From Candidatus Hydrothermarchaeota archaeon (GTDB taxonomy: Archaea > CAYFZR01), in NCBI GenBank assembly GCA_046760505.1, contig JBHIEG010000017.1:1-39285 (forward strand): a stretch of 39,285 bases of DNA, written 5' to 3'. The translations under genes were made by a program, and so were the position numbers. Of this stretch, positions 9,299 through 17,451 are shown in pieces; the first letter of the stretch is position 1; the number at the start of each line of letters is the position of its first letter. The notes below the pieces were generated by a model. It was not told the DNA's origin. It was given only the letters and a program-made list of their open reading frames with translations, and made no database searches.

Positions 9299-9484
9299 AT
9301 GATAATGAAACTGATAAGAGATGACGGAGGTCTGGATGTAAAGACCGTTATAGGTATCGTTGCCAGTATAGCGATAATGGGAATCATATTGGCTTTTGCT
9401 GACTATGTGATTGGAAAGGCAAAAAAAGGAGCCGATACCATAATCAAAGAAGGAATAAAAGCAAGTAAAAAAGCCTTGAAGTGA
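9299..9484 (+). CDS. Small class III signal peptide protein, Flp-like major pilin candidate
   Basis: SD AGGTGA. MIMKLIRDDGG|LDV followed by a ~20-residue hydrophobic helix and a short amphipathic tail; directly upstream of a prepilin peptidase. Confidence 0.72.
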   Translation: MIMKLIRDDGGLDVKTVIGIVASIAIMGIILAFADYVIGKAKKGADTIIKEGIKASKKALK

Positions 9485-9488
9485 TTCA

Positions 9489-10304
9489 ATGCTAAATCTA
9501 TCTTTTGCAATTTTTATTTTAATTCTGGCCTCTTTCTTTGATGTTAGATACAATAGGATACCGAACTGGATAACTATGCCCGCGATACCAATATCCTTTA
9601 TTCTGGGTTCCTCTGATAAAAACTGGAAGATTAACGCTCTCCTTTCATTAATAACTTGCCTTTTACTCTTCAGGATAGGTATGTTTGGTGGAGACTCTAA
9701 GTTGTACCTTTCATTATCTCTTCTGAATTTTTTTCCCTTTTCCTTTTTTTACGTCCTTTTTTCCATGCTGGTGGGATACTCTTTAATTAGAATGATGAGA
9801 GATTTAAGGCATAATGACATGAATCTTCTGGCGAATTCTCTTTCTTTTTCTGTAATACTTGTATCTCTTTCAATTAACTTTGTTTTAGGTTTTATCATGG
9901 CATTTTTGTTAAAATATTCCATAAAGACGGGAAACAAACTTTTTCTTGCATTCATCTCCCTTTCTTCTGTCCTGATATTAACTCAGGAAAATCTGCTCAT
10001 AATTCCGACAATCCTCTCTTCTTTTTTCCATGAATCACTGGAATCGTGGGTCGATGTATGTGATGTAGAAGAGGGCACCATGCTTTCAAAGAGTTTTAGC
10101 AGAAGCGGTGGATGGATAGACCCGATTAAACCTTTCTCTTTCATAAAAAAGATTGATTTGAAGGCTTGCAAACCATTAAATTCTAGGGAAATTGAATTTT
10201 TGAGGAAAAATACAGATAAAGTACCTGTCTACAAACCGATTCCCCTGGCTCCATGTTTCCTTCTGGGAATTACGGTGGTTGTATGCTCGAATCCGTTCGC
10301 ATGA
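9489..10304 (+). CDS. A24-family prepilin peptidase (PibD/EppA-like)
   Basis: SFFDVRYNRIPNWIT (first Asp), GMFGGDSKL (GxGD-type second Asp), multiple TMs, C-terminal IPLAPCFLLG. Confidence 0.88.
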   Translation: MLNLSFAIFILILASFFDVRYNRIPNWITMPAIPISFILGSSDKNWKINALLSLITCLLLFRIGMFGGDSKLYLSLSLLNFFPFSFFYVLFSMLVGYSLIRMMRDLRHNDMNLLANSLSFSVILVSLSINFVLGFIMAFLLKYSIKTGNKLFLAFISLSSVLILTQENLLIIPTILSSFFHESLESWVDVCDVEEGTMLSKSFSRSGGWIDPIKPFSFIKKIDLKACKPLNSREIEFLRKNTDKVPVYKPIPLAPCFLLGITVVVCSNPFA

Positions 10305-10666
10305 TCGTAAGCGGATGTACCGTAATTTTTGCATTATTTTTCGTTGGGTTATTTCTTAATGATCTTTTAATGACCTACTCAGGAATATTTTTGCTAGATT
10401 CTATTTCAGATTCGGTTGATATGGTGAGGACATCAAACATAGATTATTTGGAGGTTAATTTAGATCTTCCTGAAGATCTTAATTTTGTTCTCGTCGGAGA
10501 AAAAAACAAACTTGATCTAAAAATAAATGGATTTATCAACGAAATAGAACTAGATAAAAAATTAAAGTGTAAAATTTACAATTTTACCGTCTCTAAAGGT
10601 AGTTTATATATAATTAAAGATGAGGAGGTATGGCTAGGTGCTTCTCTCAGACGAATTAATTCATAA
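10283..10666 (+). CDS. Membrane-anchored hypothetical protein (putative minor pilin/accessory)
   Basis: GGTGG SD before ATG 10283; N-terminal TM helix then a beta-rich domain; overlaps both neighbours. Confidence 0.62.
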   Translation: MLESVRMIVSGCTVIFALFFVGLFLNDLLMTYSGIFLLDSISDSVDMVRTSNIDYLEVNLDLPEDLNFVLVGEKNKLDLKINGFINEIELDKKLKCKIYNFTVSKGSLYIIKDEEVWLGASLRRINS

Positions 10667-10940
10667 ATTCTTCTCAGGAATATTCATACTAACAGTGAGT
10701 TCAGTTTTCACTCTATGTTCATTCAACTTTCTCAATCTCCTTTTATTTGAACCGTGCCAAGAATCGATAATCCTGAAAGGAGAGTATTTTGAGAAGTACT
10801 CTTTAAACTTCAATGTTTTAATGTCTAATCCTCAGAAGAATGATTCAAGCGGACTTCTTTTTAGGTATCCTGTCGTTGTCTACAAAAATTCAACCTACTC
10901 CGTAGATGAAATTCAGGTGAAAATTGATGCAGACTCTTAA
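10638..10940 (+). CDS. Membrane-anchored hypothetical protein (putative minor pilin/accessory)
   Basis: GGAGGT SD 8 nt before GTG; N-terminal TM; YPVVVY strand. Confidence 0.62.
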   Translation: MLLSDELIHKFFSGIFILTVSSVFTLCSFNFLNLLLFEPCQESIILKGEYFEKYSLNFNVLMSNPQKNDSSGLLFRYPVVVYKNSTYSVDEIQVKIDADS

Positions 10941-11328
10941 TATGATGTCTACGGTTCTTATCATACTCTTTTCTTTCCTTTGTATAGCTATCGTGTTCAA
11001 TGATCTAATTGAAATAAATACAGATACGGATGATATAGAGAAGTTACACTCTTTAGTCGTTATATTTAATGAACCTGTTTTATCCATTGAAAATGCTGAG
11101 TATTCATTTTTAGATCTGGTGAGTGTCTGTTATCCTAGTAGAGTAGATCTGATTGAAGAGAAGGCAAAGGAACTAAAATCCAAGGTACCTTATGAATTCA
11201 CACTTATTCTTTTAGACGGGGACAAAGAGATCTTCAGAATTGGAAAAAATAAAGAGACATCCTCAATTTTTTTCAGAGAGAAAATCAAATCCACAAGCAA
11301 TGAATTGGAGTTGATTCTAGTTGTCTGA
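10924..11328 (+). CDS. Membrane-anchored hypothetical protein (putative minor pilin/accessory)
   Basis: AGGTGA SD; N-terminal TM; C-terminal ELELILVV strand; overlapping operon layout. Start is 10924 or 10927. Confidence 0.62.
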   Translation: MMQTLNMMSTVLIILFSFLCIAIVFNDLIEINTDTDDIEKLHSLVVIFNEPVLSIENAEYSFLDLVSVCYPSRVDLIEEKAKELKSKVPYEFTLILLDGDKEIFRIGKNKETSSIFFREKIKSTSNELELILVV

Positions 11329-12115
11329 GAGAGGCTGGACTAACTTTGGCTGGACAATTTTCTTCGTTCTCATCTTATTAGGTTCTATTTCTCTCAAGAG
11401 TATAGTTACATCATGTATCTTGGAAGAGAAAGAGGTACAAAATAAAATTGAAAAAATTCACCAGACCATCATAGTAGAAAGGGCTAAAATCTCGAATACA
11501 CTTTTTTTTAATTCTTTAATTGCCTCTAGAGACATGGCCTGGCAGGGAAAAAGACCAAGTGAACTCTACAGGAAAATAAAAGATATGTGTAATCTTACCG
11601 TTGAATTCAGGGAAATTTACTCTGGAAAGTACATGGGTGCATTTGAGGTGTCGTCATCAAAAATTTTGGAGGAAGAGAACTATAAACATAGGATTAAAGT
11701 ATCTAGAAAGATACCAGCGCGTTTCTTATTGTTATACAAATTTTCAAGTTTCTTCAATGCTCACAACCAGTTGTACAAGCTAACAGAAGGGTCTTTAATG
11801 GTAGCAGGTCCGGCAACAACTAAAAGTATTGCGCAAGAAGAGATATCTTTTGCTTTAAATGGCTATGAGAAGGTATTGGAACTGACAACACCATTTGAAT
11901 GGGAAATGAGTGGGAAAATTCTTTCATTTCATAAAGAAGTGGTAATAGTAGATGAAATTCCTGTAACGATTATTTCTGCGACTGTGAAATACAACATAGT
12001 ATTAATAGATCCGTATTTCAAGACAATACCTAGTAAAATCCCTTTCGATATGCTAAAATACAGGATAAATGGAGAAGAAGGCATAGTAAAGACAGTTACA
12101 ATAGAAACCTGGTAA
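11321..12115 (+). CDS. Pilin-like protein with class III-like signal peptide
   Basis: MSERG|WTNFGWTIFFVLILLG: basic residue plus Gly followed by a hydrophobic stretch, then a long helix and beta-rich domain. Confidence 0.62.
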   Translation: MSERGWTNFGWTIFFVLILLGSISLKSIVTSCILEEKEVQNKIEKIHQTIIVERAKISNTLFFNSLIASRDMAWQGKRPSELYRKIKDMCNLTVEFREIYSGKYMGAFEVSSSKILEEENYKHRIKVSRKIPARFLLLYKFSSFFNAHNQLYKLTEGSLMVAGPATTKSIAQEEISFALNGYEKVLELTTPFEWEMSGKILSFHKEVVIVDEIPVTIISATVKYNIVLIDPYFKTIPSKIPFDMLKYRINGEEGIVKTVTIETW

Positions 12116-12185
12116 ACTCCTAACAAAAGAAAGCATTAAATACGATTTTAAGATAAGATTTGTAAAAAGATGTTGAGGAGATAGG

Positions 12186-13802
12186 TTGTCAAAATTTGTT
12201 ATAGTAACCGGGGGAGTGCTTTCTGGTTTAGGAAAAGGTATTACCGCTGCTGCAATAGGAAAGATTCTCCAGTCCAAGGGCATATCTGTTACATCGATTA
12301 AGATAGATCCGTACATCAATGTGGATGCAGGAACCATGAATCCCCTTCAGCATGGGGAAGTCTTTGTTTTAGATGATGGCGGAGAAGTAGATTTAGACTT
12401 GGGTCACTATGAACGTTTTTTGGATATAAATCTCACTGAAAATCACAATATTACAACAGGAACTATTTACAAGAGAGTTATTGAGAAAGAAAGGCGCGGA
12501 GATTATTTAGGGGAGACAGTACAGGTTATTCCCCATGTTACGGACGAGATAAAAACTCAGATAAAAAACATTGCGAGAAATGCCGGAGCAGATGTCACGA
12601 TTGTAGAGATAGGGGGCACGGTTGGCGATATAGAGAGCATGCCTTTTTTGGAGGCAGTAAGGCAACTAAGAATCGAACAAGGGATGGAAAATGTCCTTTT
12701 CGTTCATGTAACTTTGGTACCAACTGTTGGATCTATAAAGGAACAGAAAACAAAACCCACACAGCACAGCGTAAAATCTCTTAGAGAAATAGGCATTCAA
12801 CCAGATATAATCGTTTGCAGATGCTCCGAAATGTTAACGGAGGGGACAAAATCAAAGATCAGTTTATTCTGCGATGTAGATTCTAGGGCTGTTATAAGCG
12901 CTATGGATGCAGAAAACATATACGAGGTTCCTTTGCTCTTCGAGAAAGAGGGTATCGGGGAAATAATACTTAGCAGATTAAAGCTAAGGGCTAAAAAAGA
13001 TAACTTGAATGAGTGGAAAGAAATCGTAAACAACATAAAAAACGCAAACAAAACCGTTAGAATAGGTGTAGTCGGAAAGTACACGGGTTCAGTAGACACA
13101 TACATTAGCATAAGAGAGGCTCTGGTACATGGTGGTTCTGTATTCAGATGTAGGCCAGAAATAGACTGGATAGATGCTGAAAAAATAGAAAAAGGAGAAA
13201 ACATAGATCCAAACATCCATGGAATACTGGTTCCTGGTGGATTTGGAGAAAGAGGAATAGAAGGAAAGATAAAGGCTATTACTCTTGCCAGAAAAAATAA
13301 AATTCCATATCTTGGAATATGTCTTGGTTTCCAATTAGCTGTAGTAGAATACTCTAGGAACGTTCTTGGTTTAGAAGGAGCTAACAGCACAGAGATGAAC
13401 CCCAACACGAGATATCCGGTGATAGATATATTACCAGAACAGAAAGGAGTTGTAGAAAAAGGAGGAACCATGAGACTGGGTAAATATCCTGCAAGAATAA
13501 AAAAAGGTACTTTAGCTTGGGAGATATATAAAAAGGAAGAAATCTGGGAGAGACACAGACATAGATATGAGGTAAATCCTGATTTCATTGATATCATACA
13601 AGATGGAGACTTTTTGTTCTCTGGTACTTCCCCCGATGGTAGATTAATGGAGATCTTGGAAATTAAAAGCCACCCATTCTTTTTAGGAACCCAGTTCCAT
13701 CCCGAATTTAAATCAACTCCCAGATCCCCATCACCCATATTCAGGGAGTTCATCCGAGCGTCCCTAAGGTACGCAGATAAGTTAGATGGGGCAAATAATT
13801 GA
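12186..13802 (+). CDS. pyrG: CTP synthase
   Basis: [53 protein letters not shown]. Confidence 0.99.
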   Translation: MSKFVIVTGGVLSGLGKGITAAAIGKILQSKGISVTSIKIDPYINVDAGTMNPLQHGEVFVLDDGGEVDLDLGHYERFLDINLTENHNITTGTIYKRVIEKERRGDYLGETVQVIPHVTDEIKTQIKNIARNAGADVTIVEIGGTVGDIESMPFLEAVRQLRIEQGMENVLFVHVTLVPTVGSIKEQKTKPTQHSVKSLREIGIQPDIIVCRCSEMLTEGTKSKISLFCDVDSRAVISAMDAENIYEVPLLFEKEGIGEIILSRLKLRAKKDNLNEWKEIVNNIKNANKTVRIGVVGKYTGSVDTYISIREALVHGGSVFRCRPEIDWIDAEKIEKGENIDPNIHGILVPGGFGERGIEGKIKAITLARKNKIPYLGICLGFQLAVVEYSRNVLGLEGANSTEMNPNTRYPVIDILPEQKGVVEKGGTMRLGKYPARIKKGTLAWEIYKKEEIWERHRHRYEVNPDFIDIIQDGDFLFSGTSPDGRLMEILEIKSHPFFLGTQFHPEFKSTPRSPSPIFREFIRASLRYADKLDGANN

Positions 13803-13807
13803 GTTAA

Positions 13808-13892
13808 CTGATTTTTTGAGTATAATTAGTGACAATGAAGTGATAACTTAACGATAAAATAATGATTCAAAAGATTGAAAACAAAAAATCAG
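13808..13892. terminator. Probable bidirectional oligo-T terminator region with an 11-bp inverted repeat
   Basis: CTGATTTTTTG (13808-13818) and CAAAAAATCAG (13882-13892) lie between the convergent pyrG and KaiC-like genes. Confidence 0.45.
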
Positions 13893-13914
13893 AAAAGATT
13901 GAATTAGAAATGAT

Positions 13915-14631
13915 TCAATGTCTTGAACCAATACTTATTCCATTTTCGTTTATCGTAAATTGATTCCTAGATGTCGGGTGATTGGTTCCTCGCATCTTTT
14001 TTATCGTGAGATGCCGCTTACCGGTTTTAGAATCAAGTTCGAGGAGAATCGTACCATGGGTTACGTATTCTTCTACGCCGAATTTACTCAGTTGTTTGCT
14101 TCCTTCCTCAATTTCGGTAACCAAAAGAGTTGTACAATTCAGGTTCTCTAACAAACTACATAAGCGGAGAATTTCTCTCCTAATTGTGAACTCGTCCTCG
14201 AACTGGAGACCTAAGGCAGTTACAGAGTCTATCGCAACCCTTCTTGCATTGTACCTGTACACCAAGTCCTGTATCCCATCCATTAGGGAGTCTAGATCGA
14301 AAGGTCTAATTTGAACATGTCTTTCATCGCTGGGCAATCCAATTCTCGTAGCAGAGGCATCAATTATCGCGAGTTTACCATCATCTTCCAACTTTTGGAA
14401 ATGCCAATTAAACCTTAATAGGTTTTGTCTGATAAAATAGGGTCTTTCCTCAAGAGTTACGAGTATCCCGGGTTCATTATACTCTGTAACTCCGTTATAT
14501 AGGAACTGAGCGGCGAGAATCGATTTGCCAGTTCCGGTAGTGCCAGTGATAAGTACAGTTCTTCCTCTAGGTATGCCTCCTTCCAGCATGTCATCCAATC
14601 CTCGGATACCGAACGGGACTCTCTCAATCAT
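13915..14631 (-). CDS. Single-domain KaiC-like (RecA-superfamily, COG0467) ATPase
   Basis: GLDDMLEGGIP, Walker A GTTGTGKS, TLEE, Walker B VAIDS, KMRGT.H. Confidence 0.93.
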   Translation of the reverse strand: MIERVPFGIRGLDDMLEGGIPRGRTVLITGTTGTGKSILAAQFLYNGVTEYNEPGILVTLEERPYFIRQNLLRFNWHFQKLEDDGKLAIIDASATRIGLPSDERHVQIRPFDLDSLMDGIQDLVYRYNARRVAIDSVTALGLQFEDEFTIRREILRLCSLLENLNCTTLLVTEIEEGSKQLSKFGVEEYVTHGTILLELDSKTGKRHLTIKKMRGTNHPTSRNQFTINENGISIGSRH

Positions 14632-14708
14632 AACTATTCATATAAAAAAAAGTACTCATATATTTTTGCTCAACAAAAATAGCCTCATTTAATTCATTTT
14701 TGTTTATA

Positions 14709-15602
14709 TTAGCCCTTTTCTCTACGAAGCAGCAAAATTGGTGCAGTGTCTTTCAGGATTGTATGATTATTTGTGATCTTCCGCTCCAAATCTTTGGGCA
14801 GGGCGAAGATCTTTTTGTGGATTTTTTCAGTGTAGTATTCTGTCCCGATCCCATTTATCTCAGATTTTAATTGTTCTTCCGGGACTTCAACCGGATTATG
14901 CTTCTTGCTCCCTATTACATATCCCCACATCTCTCCAAATGAAGGAACATAGGCCATGTAGGAGAAAGTTATTGGAAAAACACTGCCTACCGTGTTGTAG
15001 ATTGCCCCGAATAAGTCTGTATAGAAGTATGGAGACTCCGCCTGAGTTGTTATAACACCATCAAATGCCAAACTGTTGAAGGCAAATTTGTAAAACTCTT
15101 GGGTAAAAAGCGGATACGATTGCCCTCCCTCTATTGGATCAGTGATATCAACTATTATCACGTCGTATTCCCGTTCGTTTTTCTCTAGAAATCTTCTTCC
15201 ATTACAAAATATAAGTTCTACTCTGGGATCTTCAAAGTAAGAGCTTAGTTCCGGAATGTACTTCTGGCAGTACTCTACCACCAAGTCATCTACCTCTACG
15301 TGGGTTACCAGGTCTACTGGATACTTTAACACATGCTTTAATGGTCCTCCGTCCCCCCCTCCTATGATGAGTACTCTCTTGGGATTTTTGTGAGTAAGCA
15401 TCGCAGGGTGTATTAGAGGTTCATGGTAGCAGTGCTCATCTTTGGTTGTGATCTGAATCCGTCCATCAAGGATCAACACCTTTCCCCAATCAGTACTCTC
15501 CCCAATAATGATTTCCTGATACTTTGTCTTCCCTCGAAAGAGTATTTTATCTAACTTTATTGAGTATCTGTAGTAAGGTGTCACTTCGTCATCGATCCAC
15601 AT
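14709..15602 (-). CDS. speE: Polyamine aminopropyltransferase (spermidine synthase family)
   Basis: KTKYQEI, LILDGRIQ, YHEPLIHP, LIIGGGDGG, VDITDP. Confidence 0.95.
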   Translation of the reverse strand: MWIDDEVTPYYRYSIKLDKILFRGKTKYQEIIIGESTDWGKVLILDGRIQITTKDEHCYHEPLIHPAMLTHKNPKRVLIIGGGDGGPLKHVLKYPVDLVTHVEVDDLVVEYCQKYIPELSSYFEDPRVELIFCNGRRFLEKNEREYDVIIVDITDPIEGGQSYPLFTQEFYKFAFNSLAFDGVITTQAESPYFYTDLFGAIYNTVGSVFPITFSYMAYVPSFGEMWGYVIGSKKHNPVEVPEEQLKSEINGIGTEYYTEKIHKKIFALPKDLERKITNNHTILKDTAPILLLRREKG

Positions 15603-15970
15603 TAAGTAACTTCACCTCGGAGCGAAAACACTCCACGACTGATTTCAGTAACATTTATGTTCTTCGGTTTTAATTCATCTACAATTACGTCATACGCATT
15701 CCAGGGATTGACCTTATCTCCACACGTGAATATATCTACTGCTGCATACCGGAGTTCAGGCCATGTGTGGATTGATATGTGGGACTCAGCAATTATCACA
15801 ACACCTGTTATTCCGTGAGGATTGAACTTGGTAAATTTCTTTGCAACAACTGTTGCTCCTGACTTTTCTGCTGCAACGGTTAATGCAGCCTCTATTTTAT
15901 CAGAATTGTTCAGTAAATTCTGGTCTACTCCAAACAATTCTATTATAAGGTGTTTTCCCAATGTTTTCAT
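15602..15970 (-). CDS. speD: S-adenosylmethionine decarboxylase proenzyme
   Basis: LGKHLIIE, GVVIIAE|SHISIHTWPE, DIFTCG. AGGAGGT SD before ATG 15970; TAATG coupling to speE. Confidence 0.93.
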   Translation of the reverse strand: MKTLGKHLIIELFGVDQNLLNNSDKIEAALTVAAEKSGATVVAKKFTKFNPHGITGVVIIAESHISIHTWPELRYAAVDIFTCGDKVNPWNAYDVIVDELKPKNINVTEISRGVFSLRGEVT

Positions 15971-16168
15971 CTGTTCTACCGACCTCCTTTCATTTTTTTT
16001 CAATGTATCGCTAAGATAATCAATTATTGACATATAAATATTTTTTGCTTTACATTTAAAATTATATTCACTCTGAAAAAAGCCTAATTCTTCCTTAATT
16101 TTATTTGTTTTAAAATAGAATCGATCTAGCAGGTTTTTTTAACTTTGCTTAGTTCATCTTCTACCCTA

Positions 16169-16183
16169 CAAAAATCTTAAATA
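16169..16183 (+). promoter_or_regulatory. BRE/TATA promoter for pdaD
   Basis: CAAAAAT-CTTAAATA about 40 nt upstream of ATG 16224. Confidence 0.45.
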
Positions 16184-16223
16184 GCTTAACTTTCGAGTTG
16201 GGTTTAGTTCTGAGGGAAAATCG

Positions 16224-16685
16224 ATGTTAAGTCTTCCAAAAAAAGCAACTTTGGTCTCTGGATCCGCTGAAGGAGCCACAAAATTAAATGCACTGGACAA
16301 CGCGTTAATAGATGCAGGTATAGGAGATTTCAATTTAATCAAGGTATCAAGCATACTCCCGAAAGGTACGGTAATCGTTGATCTGCCAAAAATAGAGGCA
16401 GGCACTTTGGTCCCATGTGTACTCGCAAAGAGAATCTCAGATACTCGAGGTCAAAAAATATCCGCATCTATAGTAGTGGCGCTATCAGAAAACGGTATGG
16501 GCGTGATAGCGGAAAATTCCGGAGCAGGCATATCAAAGGGAGAGAGTTATGAGAAGGCTCTAGAGGCTGCTAGGAATATGCTTATGAGAAGAGGCCTAAA
16601 GTTAAAAGAAATTAGGCATGTCTCAAGAGAGCACACAGTAGAAAATATAGGAGCAGTTGTAGCCGCTCTCGTCTTTTTCAGGTAA
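16224..16685 (+). CDS. pdaD: Pyruvoyl-dependent arginine decarboxylase
   Basis: LNALDNALIDAGIGDFNLIKVS|SILP self-cleavage motif; C-terminal GAVVAALVF. Confidence 0.93.
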   Translation: MLSLPKKATLVSGSAEGATKLNALDNALIDAGIGDFNLIKVSSILPKGTVIVDLPKIEAGTLVPCVLAKRISDTRGQKISASIVVALSENGMGVIAENSGAGISKGESYEKALEAARNMLMRRGLKLKEIRHVSREHTVENIGAVVAALVFFR

Positions 16686-17397
16686 CAATCTTTGCTGGTT
16701 TTACCTCCAATCCCTTGTCCCCTATATGGAGAATATACCTAGAAGTTGCGTGTCTCGTTCCTCGCATTTTCCTCACAACAATAGTTCTACCTACCTCATC
16801 ATCTAAAAAAAGATGAATTACTCCCCTGAAAACATATTCTTCCAAACCAAATTCTAGAGAATCTTTTATTTGTCTTGGCATCTCTAAGGTAATAAGAGAA
16901 GTGCAACCAAGATCGATTAAAAGGTTGTTGAGTCTTAGCATGGCCTTTCTCGTCTCAAATTCGTCTCTCATCTGTAACTTCAAAATCGTTGCAGAATCAA
17001 TCGCAACCCTTTTGGCATCGAGTTCATTGACCACCTGACCAAGTTTTCTGCACAAGATGTCCAAATTGAATCCTACATCTAATGCATATTTGTCCTTGCT
17101 AAGAACGCCCAGTCTGGAGGCGGAAGCATCTAATATTACCAGTTTTCTTTCCTCTTCAATTTTTTCAATATTCCATCCAAATTTTAGCATATCTCTCTTT
17201 ATCTCGGCTGGTCTTTCTTCCAAACTTACGAATATTCCGGGCTCGTTGAATAATTGAGCCCCATTGTAAAGAAATTGCATGCAAAATATGCTTTTTCCAG
17301 TTCCTGGTCCCCCAACAATTGCTATGGTTGAGCCTCTTGGAATGCCGCCTCCAACTATCTCGTCGAAGCCAGGAATGCCGCTTTTTACTCTAGCCAT
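16678..17397 (-). CDS. Single-domain KaiC-like (RecA-superfamily, COG0467) ATPase
   Basis: GIPGFDEIVGGGIP, Walker A GGPGTGKS, SLEE, VAIDS, KMRGTRH. Confidence 0.93.
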   Translation of the reverse strand: MARVKSGIPGFDEIVGGGIPRGSTIAIVGGPGTGKSIFCMQFLYNGAQLFNEPGIFVSLEERPAEIKRDMLKFGWNIEKIEEERKLVILDASASRLGVLSKDKYALDVGFNLDILCRKLGQVVNELDAKRVAIDSATILKLQMRDEFETRKAMLRLNNLLIDLGCTSLITLEMPRQIKDSLEFGLEEYVFRGVIHLFLDDEVGRTIVVRKMRGTRHATSRYILHIGDKGLEVKPAKIVT

Positions 17398-17451
17398 ATT
17401 TTTACTTTACATGCTCATTACTAAAAATATTTTCCCTACAAATTTGCGGAA

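Noticed and set aside
9284-9553. 89-aa minus-strand ORF
   Set aside because: Antisense to the pilin and peptidase genes, which have SD and motif support.
12797-13753. 318-aa antisense ORF inside pyrG
   Set aside because: Codon-register mirror of pyrG, rich in S/F/I/P with no motif. The same applies to other antisense ORFs such as 32413-33072, 17279-17704 and 249-620.
15971-16033. N-terminal extensions in the ORF track (speD; also glmS, HDAC-like, pyrK, pyrD, mptG, pilin)
   Set aside because: Downstream starts match family N-termini or have SD sequences, and GlmS needs Cys directly after the initiator Met.
13915-17397. Circadian clock interpretation of the KaiC-like genes
   Set aside because: Single-domain proteins, no kaiA or kaiB in the window, and EY in place of the ST phosphosites.
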